A DNA stretch of 64,000 nt from NCBI GenBank assembly GCA_000092065.1, contig CP000583.1, one strand, 5' to 3'. A program made the translations under genes and the position numbers. Positions 20,779 through 29,258 of the stretch are shown here, one piece after another. This stretch comes from Ostreococcus lucimarinus (taxonomy: Eukaryota). How positions within the stretch are numbered: the first letter of the stretch is position 1; every line of letters begins with the position of its first letter. Below the pieces are notes generated by a model. It saw nothing but the letters and a program-made list of their open reading frames with translations. It was not told where the DNA came from and did not search any database.

Positions 20779-22779
20779 CTACGAAGAGTATCCGAGCTTC
20801 TTGGACAACTCTTCAGCCTCGGCCATAAGACCACCGAGGTGGGCATGCAACGCGTCGCTCCAGAACGTCGCCGATTTCGGGTCCAAACCAAACGGTTCGA
20901 CCGCCTCGACGAAGTCCTTCGTGCCGCCGGCTCGCAAGAGATCGAGAAGCTTCGCTTCAAAGCCCTCCGGTTGCTTCATGTACGCGCCGTACAACGAGCC
21001 GACCAAGAGATCACCGAATGCATAAGCGTAGACGTAGAAGGCGACGTTGTGGAAGTGCGAGACGTACGCGTAAAGGTGAGAAGTGTCTTCGAGAGAGTCG
21101 AAGATTTCACCCTCCTTGCCGTAATACTCTTCCGTGCACTCGCGCCACGCCTTGGACATTTCCTCCGGCGTCACCGTACCCTTGGCGCGCATGGTGTGCA
21201 CCTTTTCTTCAAATTTATCAAAAGAGCATTGACGCACGACGGAGTTGATGATGTCGTCCACCTTGGACATGATCATCGCCAAACGATCTTCATCGCTCGG
21301 AGTCTTCTCCAACAAGTCACGGAACACAATCATTTCTCCAAAGATGCTCGCGGTTTCCGCGAGCGTGAGCGGCGGGTGGAATTGCAAGATGCCTTGCGGG
21401 TAACTCAACTCAAAATGGACTGCGTGCCCAGACTCGTGCGCCAGCGTGGCGACGTCACGCGCGGAGTGGGTAAAGTTGAGAAGCTGGAACGGGCCGGAGC
21501 CGTACGCCGAAGAGCAGTATGCGCCGCCTCTTTTCCCATCTTGCGCCGGCACGTCGATGCGCTTTTCGTCGACGAACTTCGTGAACATGTCCGCCATAGT
21601 GGGAGAAAACTTGTTGTAGCCCTTGTGCACGAGTTCCACCGCTTGTTCCCACGAGTAGTTGTCCTCGCCCGAACCGATGTCGATGGAAGCGTTGCGATCG
21701 GCCCAAGTGAAGGTTTCAAGTCCTTGCGTCGACTTCAAGATTTGTTTCTTCAACGTGTAGTACTTCTTGCAGTAATCCACACCTGTGGTCGCCACGGCGG
21801 CCAAGAGCGAGTCGACGACGTCGTCGGGCAAGTTGTTGCTCAGGTTGCGCGACGAACGCAAATTCTTAAACCCGCGCTCCTTGTTTTCGATTGCCCAGGA
21901 CCCGGCAGCCATATTGAGCGAAAGCGCGCAGATTCTCTCAAAATCCTTCAATCCATCGTTGAGCGTCTTCATGCACTGGCGACGCACCATCGTGTCCTTG
22001 CTGCTCGTCATCTTCGCCAGCAAAACTTCCATGTTGACCTTTTTGCCGTCGAGGTCGAACTGCAACCGAGAGAGCTCGTTGCCGTAGAATTCAATAACCT
22101 TGCCCTTGCCCGTGAACGAGCTGCGCACGGTCAACGCCCGCTCGACTTCTTTGGACAAGTTATACGGCGCCGATCGACGCACCTCATCGATGTACGGCTT
22201 GTAATTCTTCAACTTTGCGTCCTTTGCGTACTGCGCCTCCAACGCGCTCTCCGCCATATCCGCCAACTCGAGTCCGAACCACGTCAAATAATTCCCGCTC
22301 GCCTGTCCGTACTGCTGCATCAGCGCCCCTTTTCTTTGCTGCACCGCATCATCCATCAACCGCGTGTCCGCGCTCAACGACATGTAGCTCAGCACCGTCG
22401 TCAGCGTTTGCTCGATGCCCTCGTACGTTTCGATCGCCGCGAGCAGCGACGTGTCGAGCGTCCCCTCGTACGTCGCCTTGAATCCTTCGCACGCCTTCTC
22501 CACCGCCGACATCGCCTCATCGATCGCGGAGTCGTTCGTTCCCGCGTATCCAAAGTGTTTTTCCAGATCCCATCGCGGTTCCGTCGTCGTTTGCGCGTCG
22601 ACGGCGACGGCGTTCGTCGTCATGCGTCGCGATGACGTCGCGCGCGCGGTCGACGTCGCGCGCGGTTTCGCGGCGACGCGCGCGGTCGCGAGGCGCGCGC
22701 GGGGGGACGAGGACGCGCAGACGTTGGCGTATCGACGGAGCGCGCGCGTGACGAGGGTGACGCGTCCGAGGGCAGACAT
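20779..22779 (-). CDS. M3-family oligoendopeptidase F-like zinc metallopeptidase with an organelle-type presequence.
   Basis: 666 aa from ATG 22779. HEXXH motif: LAHESGHAVHFELS. Overall PepF/M3B-like arrangement. N-terminal presequence: MSALGRVTLVTRALRRYANVCASSSPRARLATARVAAKPRATS. Confidence 0.7.
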   Translation of the reverse strand: MSALGRVTLVTRALRRYANVCASSSPRARLATARVAAKPRATSTARATSSRRMTTNAVAVDAQTTTEPRWDLEKHFGYAGTNDSAIDEAMSAVEKACEGFKATYEGTLDTSLLAAIETYEGIEQTLTTVLSYMSLSADTRLMDDAVQQRKGALMQQYGQASGNYLTWFGLELADMAESALEAQYAKDAKLKNYKPYIDEVRRSAPYNLSKEVERALTVRSSFTGKGKVIEFYGNELSRLQFDLDGKKVNMEVLLAKMTSSKDTMVRRQCMKTLNDGLKDFERICALSLNMAAGSWAIENKERGFKNLRSSRNLSNNLPDDVVDSLLAAVATTGVDYCKKYYTLKKQILKSTQGLETFTWADRNASIDIGSGEDNYSWEQAVELVHKGYNKFSPTMADMFTKFVDEKRIDVPAQDGKRGGAYCSSAYGSGPFQLLNFTHSARDVATLAHESGHAVHFELSYPQGILQFHPPLTLAETASIFGEMIVFRDLLEKTPSDEDRLAMIMSKVDDIINSVVRQCSFDKFEEKVHTMRAKGTVTPEEMSKAWRECTEEYYGKEGEIFDSLEDTSHLYAYVSHFHNVAFYVYAYAFGDLLVGSLYGAYMKQPEGFEAKLLDLLRAGGTKDFVEAVEPFGLDPKSATFWSDALHAHLGGLMAEAEELSKKLGYSS

Positions 22780-22939
22780 CGACGGGGCGATGAGTGCGGC
22801 GGATTAGTGTGGCGAAGACGAAGCGCGAGAACGCCTCCTCGGCGGCGCGAACGCGCGCGAGAGAACGCCTCCGTGGCGACCGACTGCGTACGACTACGAC
22901 TATTTCGCTAAGTATAAAAATATGGGTCGACGCACGCGG

Positions 22940-24790
22940 CTAAATTTCGACGCACACGGCGGCGGTGCGACGCCGGACGTAGGACATGGACGCGAGCTCT
23001 TCCCACGCGCGCTCGCGAATGTGATAGGCGAACGCGCGACCGGTCCATCGACCGTCGACGATGCCTCCGATGGCGTATAACACACCGTCGTGCGCGCACG
23101 CGGTGAAACCGAACCATTGTTTGAGCGGGAGCGCGCCGAGATCTTCGTACCTATCGCTGGCGGTGTCGTAGCGATAAAAACCGCCCGAGGACGCGACGGA
23201 TTTCGCGCGTTTGGTGGCGTCGCTCGTGCCCCAGGCGAAGACGAAGCAATCCGATCCCTCGGCGCACGCCGTGGCGCACGCGGGCGATGGTAACGGCGCG
23301 ATCGGGGTCCAACTGTCCGTGACTGGGTCGTAGCGCTCGGCGAGATCGGTTTCGATGCCTTTGCGAAGCATGCCGCCGAAGACGAAGACGTTGGCATCCG
23401 TGGCGCAGACGCCGTGCAAACGCCTCGCGTGCGAAATTTCAGCGCCCGCGCGCCAGGTTTTCGTCGCACAATCGTACACATCGTTCGTCGCCAACGCCTC
23501 GCTCCCGTTGAACCACCCGCCAACGGTGTAAATCTTTCCGTCTTTCGTCGCCGCCGAGCCCATGGCGTGTCGAGGTCGAACGACGTCTTCGACGAGCGTC
23601 CAAGCCGCGTCGTTCGCCGCGTCCAAGGTTTCCATGGACGACAGATTCGACTTTATGCCACCGCCAGAGACGACGTAAATCGTCGAATTCACCGCACACG
23701 CGCCGTGCGACCCGCGCGGCTCGACGAGCGTCGGCGCGCGCTCCCATCTATTTTTCAGCACGTCGTATCGCTCGACGACGCCCACCGTTAAGCCGCGATT
23801 TCTTCCGCCCAACACGTACACGTACGGCTGCGTCGTCGTCGCTCGCGCACGCTTCAAGCGTTCGCGATAATCCTCGTGCGTCGTCTTCACGCGCGTGTCC
23901 TTGACGCTCGGCTTCAAACGCACCCGAGTTTCGCGCTCGTGCTCGGCGAGTCGTTCGCAATCGTACGCGCGATGCCCGTCTTCGCCGCAATACGCGCACT
24001 CGTCGTGATTCAGCGCGCACGCGCCGCCGCCTCGCGCCACCGCCTCGCACCCCCCTCGCGCGTAGTTGTGAAACTTACACACCCCCTCGCGCGCTTCGAA
24101 ATCATTCGGCCACGCGTTTCCGAAGAGCGCCTCCGCCGACGCTTCGTCCTCTACCCCGCGCGTCTCCTCTCGCGTCACCATCTCTCGCAAGATCGCCCCG
24201 TCCCGCGTCGTTCCGTCTTCATCGACGTCCCCACCTTTTTCTCGCGCGTACGCGCACGCCAACGGCGACCGCACGAACACGATTCGTTCGCCGTCCGCGC
24301 GTTCCATCGCCGCCGCGACTCGCGCCGTCGCCTCCGCGCCGTCCTCCCCATCCTCCACGTCCACCACGCACGCGTCCGCGCGCCGCGCGCGCGCGATCGT
24401 CGCTCGCATCGCGCGCGTCGCGTCCAACCTCCGCGCGCGCGCGTCCGTCCCCGCGCCGTCGCGCTCGAGCTCAAGCGCCAACCGTCGCGCGTCTCGCGTC
24501 GTCGCCGTCGCCGCGTCGCGCGTCTTCGCGAGCTTCCCGATCGCGCGCGTCGCGTCGAGCGCCGCGGAAGCGCTCGACGCGACGACGAAGGCGCGCGCCC
24601 GTCGCGGCGCGCGCGCGTCGGCGTCGTCGCGGCGCGCGCGCGCGACGGCGCGCGCGAGCGCCGCGCGCGTCGGACACCAGACGAAACGGACGCGCGCGTC
24701 GGCGTCGTCGCGCGCCGACGCGGCGTCGTCGCGGCGCGGCGCGACGGACGCGGCGTCGGCGTCGGCGCGCGCGTCGGCGTCGCGCGGCAT
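22940..24790 (-). CDS. Kelch-repeat beta-propeller protein with upstream CCCH-type and CCHC zinc-knuckle motifs and an Arg/Ala/Asp-rich N-terminal region.
   Basis: 616 aa from ATG 24790. CCCH-like: CKFHNYARGGCEAVARGGGACALNH. CCHC knuckle: CAYCGEDGHRAYDC. Six or more Kelch-like blades: YVYVLGGRN...VERYDVLKNRWERAPTL, IYVVSGGG, IYTVGGW...YDCATKTWRAG, VFVFGGM...YDPVTDSWTPIAPLP, LYAIGG. The true start may be an internal Met. Confidence 0.55.
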   Translation of the reverse strand: MPRDADARADADAASVAPRRDDAASARDDADARVRFVWCPTRAALARAVARARRDDADARAPRRARAFVVASSASAALDATRAIGKLAKTRDAATATTRDARRLALELERDGAGTDARARRLDATRAMRATIARARRADACVVDVEDGEDGAEATARVAAAMERADGERIVFVRSPLACAYAREKGGDVDEDGTTRDGAILREMVTREETRGVEDEASAEALFGNAWPNDFEAREGVCKFHNYARGGCEAVARGGGACALNHDECAYCGEDGHRAYDCERLAEHERETRVRLKPSVKDTRVKTTHEDYRERLKRARATTTQPYVYVLGGRNRGLTVGVVERYDVLKNRWERAPTLVEPRGSHGACAVNSTIYVVSGGGIKSNLSSMETLDAANDAAWTLVEDVVRPRHAMGSAATKDGKIYTVGGWFNGSEALATNDVYDCATKTWRAGAEISHARRLHGVCATDANVFVFGGMLRKGIETDLAERYDPVTDSWTPIAPLPSPACATACAEGSDCFVFAWGTSDATKRAKSVASSGGFYRYDTASDRYEDLGALPLKQWFGFTACAHDGVLYAIGGIVDGRWTGRAFAYHIRERAWEELASMSYVRRRTAAVCVEI

Positions 24791-24852
24791 CGCGCGCGCG
24801 GCGCGCGAGGACGCGACGTCGCTCGCGTCACTCTCTGACGCGACATCGATCG

Positions 24853-26148
24853 ATGGATGCGATGCGCGCCGTCGCGGCGCCGCGCGCGAGCGCCGCGAGA
24901 CCCGCGCGCGCGGCGCGCGACGCGCCGACGCGCCGACGCGTCGTCGCCGGCGCGTCGCGGTACGCGCTGTGCGCGCACGGGGAGAATCTGCCGCATCCGG
25001 ACAAGACGGCGAAGGGCGGCGAAGACGCGTGGTTCGCGCGCGTCTCGGCGGCGAACGGCGGCGGCGCGCTCGGCGTCGCGGACGGCGTCGGTGGGTTCAA
25101 CGATCAGGGCGTCGATCCGGGGCTGTACGCGCGCGTGCTGAGCTACGAGGGACTGCGGGCGTGCGACGGCGGCGACGGCGGATTCTTCGGGTCGAGCGCG
25201 AAGATCGACCCGAGGGCGATCGCGATCGAGGCGCAGGCGAAAACGATGCTGCCGGGCGCGGCGACGATGTGCGTGGTGGCGCTGGATGGGAAAAAGCTGA
25301 CGTGCGCGAACGTGGGGGACTCTGGGTTCCGAGTGGTGCGACGCGGGGGGGTGACGTACGGGTCGACGGCGGGGCAGCATTATTTTAATTGCCCGTATCA
25401 GTTGGCGTACGAGGCGCTGGCGAAGGATTGCGACAGCGCGAGAGACGCGGATGTGTACAGTTTCGACGTCGAGGCTGGGGACGTGGTCGTGGCGGGGAGC
25501 GACGGGTTGTTTGATAACGTGTTCGACGAGGAAATCGCGAGCGTGGTAAACGCGGCGTACGCGAGCGCCGGGGACGCGGCGTCGGCGGCGGAATCGGCGG
25601 CGAAGGCGCTAGTGAAGGTGGCGAGAAAGCACGCGGAGGATAAAAAGTACGACTCGCCGTACGCGCGCGAAATGGCGAAGAGCGAAACCGACAAGGGCGG
25701 CGCGCCGAAAGCCGTGGGATTGTTTGGGGGATTTCAGCAAATGCTCGGCGGTGGCAACTTGGGCGGGAAGATGGACGATATCACCGTCGTTGTTGCCACC
25801 GTCGTCGACACGGCGTCGTCGCAGCGCGAGCTCGCGCGATCCGAAGCTGTGTGCGACGCCAACACCAAGGCGCTGACCAAGGCGCGCGGTTTGGCGTCAA
25901 TCGAAGAGACCAAAGTCGCTCGTACGGTGGCGCTCCGTAAGGAAATGGACGACGCGTTCAACGAAAAAGTCGCCGAAGTAAACAAGAGAGAGAAAGCCGT
26001 GGCGAACGCCAAGTCGGAATTCACTCGCGCGCAAATCGATTCGATGGACGCGCCCACGGTGCGCAAGCTCTTACAAGAGCGCGGACTTCCCACGAGCGGC
26101 AAGATCGATCGATTACGCGATCGCTTAGCCGAAGTTAAGGCGCTTTAA
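24853..26148 (+). CDS. PP2C-family protein phosphatase (PPTC7/SpoIIE-like) with a C-terminal SAP motif.
   Basis: 431 aa from ATG 24853. Motifs: GEDAWF, GVADGVGG, ANVGDSGFRVVR, VVVAGSDGLFDNV, DDITVVVA. C-terminus: TVRKLLQERGLPTSGKIDRLRDRLAE, SAP-like. N-terminal presequence. This gene is head-to-head with the Kelch gene, 62 bp apart. Confidence 0.7.
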   Translation: MDAMRAVAAPRASAARPARAARDAPTRRRVVAGASRYALCAHGENLPHPDKTAKGGEDAWFARVSAANGGGALGVADGVGGFNDQGVDPGLYARVLSYEGLRACDGGDGGFFGSSAKIDPRAIAIEAQAKTMLPGAATMCVVALDGKKLTCANVGDSGFRVVRRGGVTYGSTAGQHYFNCPYQLAYEALAKDCDSARDADVYSFDVEAGDVVVAGSDGLFDNVFDEEIASVVNAAYASAGDAASAAESAAKALVKVARKHAEDKKYDSPYAREMAKSETDKGGAPKAVGLFGGFQQMLGGGNLGGKMDDITVVVATVVDTASSQRELARSEAVCDANTKALTKARGLASIEETKVARTVALRKEMDDAFNEKVAEVNKREKAVANAKSEFTRAQIDSMDAPTVRKLLQERGLPTSGKIDRLRDRLAEVKAL

Positions 26149-26172
26149 TGAATTATTACCTGCATATTCATT

Positions 26173-27841
26173 TTAAATTACAGTGATCGACCCGCCGTTG
26201 AGTGCGATCTGCTCGAGGAAAATGAGCGAAACGGCGACTGCGTACGTTCCGCTCACCGCGCCCAGAGGTTCGTAGTCGTAGTCCACGTAGTCGCTCGCTC
26301 GCGCCTCACCGCCGGCGTCTTCGTATTCGTCGTAGTCTGCCGCCCCGTTTGTGGACGTGTTCTTGCCGAGGCTTGTGAAATGCGTCGCTCGAGCGGTGTC
26401 CACGCCTCGAGGACCTTCGACAGCGGTGTCGTTCGACAACGGACGGATCCATCGCTTGACGCGCTCGGTTAACGTCATGTTGGCGTCGTCTCCACCACCC
26501 TGCGCGGAAACCTCGCCGTTGGCATCGGCCTCGCGAGACGCGATATCACTCTCGACGATGGAATTGACTTCGTTCACGATGCTCGTGACCGCATCGATGA
26601 TTTTCGTCGCGTCGTCGATGGCGTTGGCCACGGCGATGCCTTTTGAAATACTTCCGGCGATGGCCACCGCGGGATCGATTGCCGATGCGAAATCGATAGC
26701 GGCGTCGTAGCCGTGAAATACGATTTGGTTTGAAATCGTGTTCTCCGCCGCCGCTTCGTAGGTCGTGATCCCGACGCCTGGCGTCGCGACGCCGACCAAA
26801 GCCACCGTGATGTCCAAACTGATACGAATTTGGGGATCGACGACGTATTCTTCGAGTAAAGCGATGAATCGGTCGCGAATAGCGAGTGGTAGCGTCGCGG
26901 GAAAAGACTCGAACCAATTCGTCGTGAAAAGCTCAACGTCGTCGTACGTGACGTCCACGATTTCAGATAGATGACGTCTTTCGATCGATTCCGTCGACGT
27001 ACCGTTTCTTCGCTGAAGTGCGCGTTTTGCCGCAGCGCGCAAGTCGACTGGATGTTGAACTTGCGTTATGACCTCCGCACCTTCCGGGAGTTTTCGCGCC
27101 CTGGCTTCAGAAGCGCTTAATAATCGCCGTCGGCGTCTATTGGGCGCGCCTTCGATGGATTCCGCCGCATACTCGTACTCGTACTCGTATTCAGTGTCCT
27201 TGGGTTGTAATGCCTGTTGGATCGCCATCGCGGCTAATCCACTGACCTCGAAGCCAAATCCATAGAATTGTTCGACTAGTTCGCACACACCGTCAGTCGT
27301 CGAAATCGCATCGTCGCATCGCATACTCACCGCCGAACGCGCCGCCCGCAAAGAATTCGCTGAACACGGTGTTATCGAGCGTCGAAGATCCATCGATGAC
27401 CCACTCTTGCGCGAGTACGGTGTCCGTGGTGACACCAGAGCTGAAATCCTGAATCACCCCCGACGCGAAGCTCGCGAACACGTTGGTGAATTTGGTGAAA
27501 CCCAGATCAGTCGTCAAGATCATTTGCAGAAATTCCTCCACCATTCCACCGTTATTGTTCACCGAGTTGCGAAGAATGAGCAGTGCGACGCGTAAGAAGG
27601 TCGTTGGCTGAATGATAGCGTTAAGAATCACTCCTGCGGGACCGACAGGGGCGGTCAAGAGTTTCCTCGATGAAGCGGCTGTCCCTGAGGCGACGGATGA
27701 AGCGGCTGTCCCCGAGGCGACGGTGTCGCCAACCGCGGTGTCGCCAACCGCGGAAGCGCGAGGAATATAAATCGTCGTCGTCGCAATAACGAGCGCACAC
27801 GCGCACGCCACGGCCAACACGAATTTTAGAGTACGATTCAT
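26173..27841 (-). CDS. Secreted hypothetical protein, predicted in two exons. Exon 1 is 27841-27331 and exon 2 is 27275-26173 on the minus strand. A 55-nt GT-AG intron (27330-27276) joins two overlapping track ORFs.
   Basis: Signal-peptide-like start: MNRTLKFVLAVACACALVIATTTIYIPRASA, from ATG 27841 (an alternative ATG is at 27856). ORF 27293-27949 ends shortly after a GGTGAGTATGCG donor. ORF 26173-27435 is offset by one base. Splicing GTGAGT...CTAG joins ...FFAGGAFG to VEQFYGFGFEVSG... in frame. There is an internal EYEYEY repeat. No domain recognised. Confidence 0.45.
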
Positions 27842-28015
27842 GTTATTTCTTCGCATGCGTGCGCCGAGATTCGCGCGCGCGCGTGAAAGTGTCCGCGAGC
27901 ACGCGCTTCGCCTCGATGTCGTCGCCGTTCTCGATTGTGCCAAAGACATGTTGTTACAGCGTTTTCCTTCGTATCAAATCATTCAAAGTCTTGCTCACGC
28001 GTGTTCCCGCGCTCA

Positions 28016-29233
28016 TCACGCGACCACCATTTTGTCGCGCTGCTTTGCAACCTCTTCGGTGGACATTCCCATTTGCGCAATGACTGCAAGGACGTCCGCG
28101 AGCGCGATGACGCCTGTCGGCACGCCGGCGTCGTCGACGACCCACACTCTATGCACCGCGTTCACGTCCATTTTCGTCAAAACGTCCGTGAGTGTATCCG
28201 ATGGCCTGCACGAGACCACCAATCTCTCGCGATGCCGCATCAACGCGGCGGCAAACGCGCTGGTGTTTGGGTTGTACAGCCCACCCGATTGTTGCGCGGG
28301 CGTGGACACCGACAGTTTGTGCGCGTGCAGAAGGAACTCCGCGACGGGTAGAGCCAACGCGGCAAACGAAGCGCCTCCTCGTAAATGCGTCAAATCAGAC
28401 TCACTCAATGTCCCAATCAGCGTCCGCGTGGCTTCGTCTACGATTGGCACCGCCCCGACGCGGTGACGCTCCATTTCGCGAAACGCCTCGATCGTCGGTG
28501 TCGACGCGCCGACGAAGGCGATCCCCGGCGTGCTCGCCAACCCAAGCTCATTCACGGTGGCTTCAGTAAACAGTGGCGTGAGAATGTCGCGATTGGTGTG
28601 CAAGTACATCACGATGTCCGATTGCGAAACGATGTGTTCAATCGCGTTGTCTGAATTCATGACGGCGAAGCGATGCGGAAGCGCGCGCAAACGAACATCA
28701 CCCGGCTTTTCGCTCGGCGAGATATACAGGCATCGCTCCAAACACTCGGCCAGAGATTGTGTCGCCGTAGCGCTCTTCCATATCACAGTCCCATCCCACT
28801 TCGTTCTCGCTTGCTTCAGCGGCAGACTTTCGATCTCGAGTCCGATCGTCGCCATTCGTCCCATGAGACCGAGAACGTCGTCGTCCCGCGCGTTCAATTC
28901 GGCTTTGTCGCACGCCTCGATCAGCGTCGTCACGAGATCACCGTTCGATAGAAAGCACAGCGCGTCGTATGCACCGACATCTCGACTCGCACCAGACTTG
29001 TACCGCACTAACGGCATCGAAGAGACGCGGAACCGGTTCATACTGCTCAACGCTTCCTGAAACGAAGAGTCGCTAGACAAAACCAGCGTACATTTGCCGC
29101 GAAGCGATTCAGGTTGGTCACCGCACGTCTTTCCCGCGAGTGCATGTCTCTCAGTGAGATACTTTGCCAAGTTGGTGCGGCTAAGCACGCTGAGAGGTGT
29201 TTCTTTCATCGCCTTCGTGTCGGTGGATGCCAT
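28016..29233 (-). CDS. CBS-domain pair protein (SNF4/AMPK-gamma-like arrangement of CBS motifs).
   Basis: 405 aa from ATG 29233. Repeated CBS-like segments (...RVGAVPIVDEATRTLIGTLSESDL..., ...AVHRVWVVDDAGVPTGVIALADVLAVI...). Only 25 bp separate its ATG from the stop of the upstream LRR gene on the same strand. Confidence 0.55.
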   Translation of the reverse strand: MASTDTKAMKETPLSVLSRTNLAKYLTERHALAGKTCGDQPESLRGKCTLVLSSDSSFQEALSSMNRFRVSSMPLVRYKSGASRDVGAYDALCFLSNGDLVTTLIEACDKAELNARDDDVLGLMGRMATIGLEIESLPLKQARTKWDGTVIWKSATATQSLAECLERCLYISPSEKPGDVRLRALPHRFAVMNSDNAIEHIVSQSDIVMYLHTNRDILTPLFTEATVNELGLASTPGIAFVGASTPTIEAFREMERHRVGAVPIVDEATRTLIGTLSESDLTHLRGGASFAALALPVAEFLLHAHKLSVSTPAQQSGGLYNPNTSAFAAALMRHRERLVVSCRPSDTLTDVLTKMDVNAVHRVWVVDDAGVPTGVIALADVLAVIAQMGMSTEEVAKQRDKMVVA

Positions 29234-29258
29234 CCAGAGTCGCGTTGTGCTGACGAGG

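Noticed and set aside
22895-22920. TATA-like AT-rich patch (taagtataaaaatatggg) between the M3 peptidase start and the Kelch stop. I considered it a core promoter element.
   Set aside because: Plausible, but a single AT-rich hexamer cannot be assigned to a promoter from sequence alone. It is equally consistent with the 3' region of the Kelch gene.
24175-25380. 401-aa minus-strand Arg-rich ORF spanning the Kelch/PP2C divergent promoter and the PP2C 5' end. It also overlaps plus-strand Arg-rich ORFs 23876-24838 and 24969-25388.
   Set aside because: Composition and position (antisense to a PP2C gene with clear motifs) indicate an artefact.
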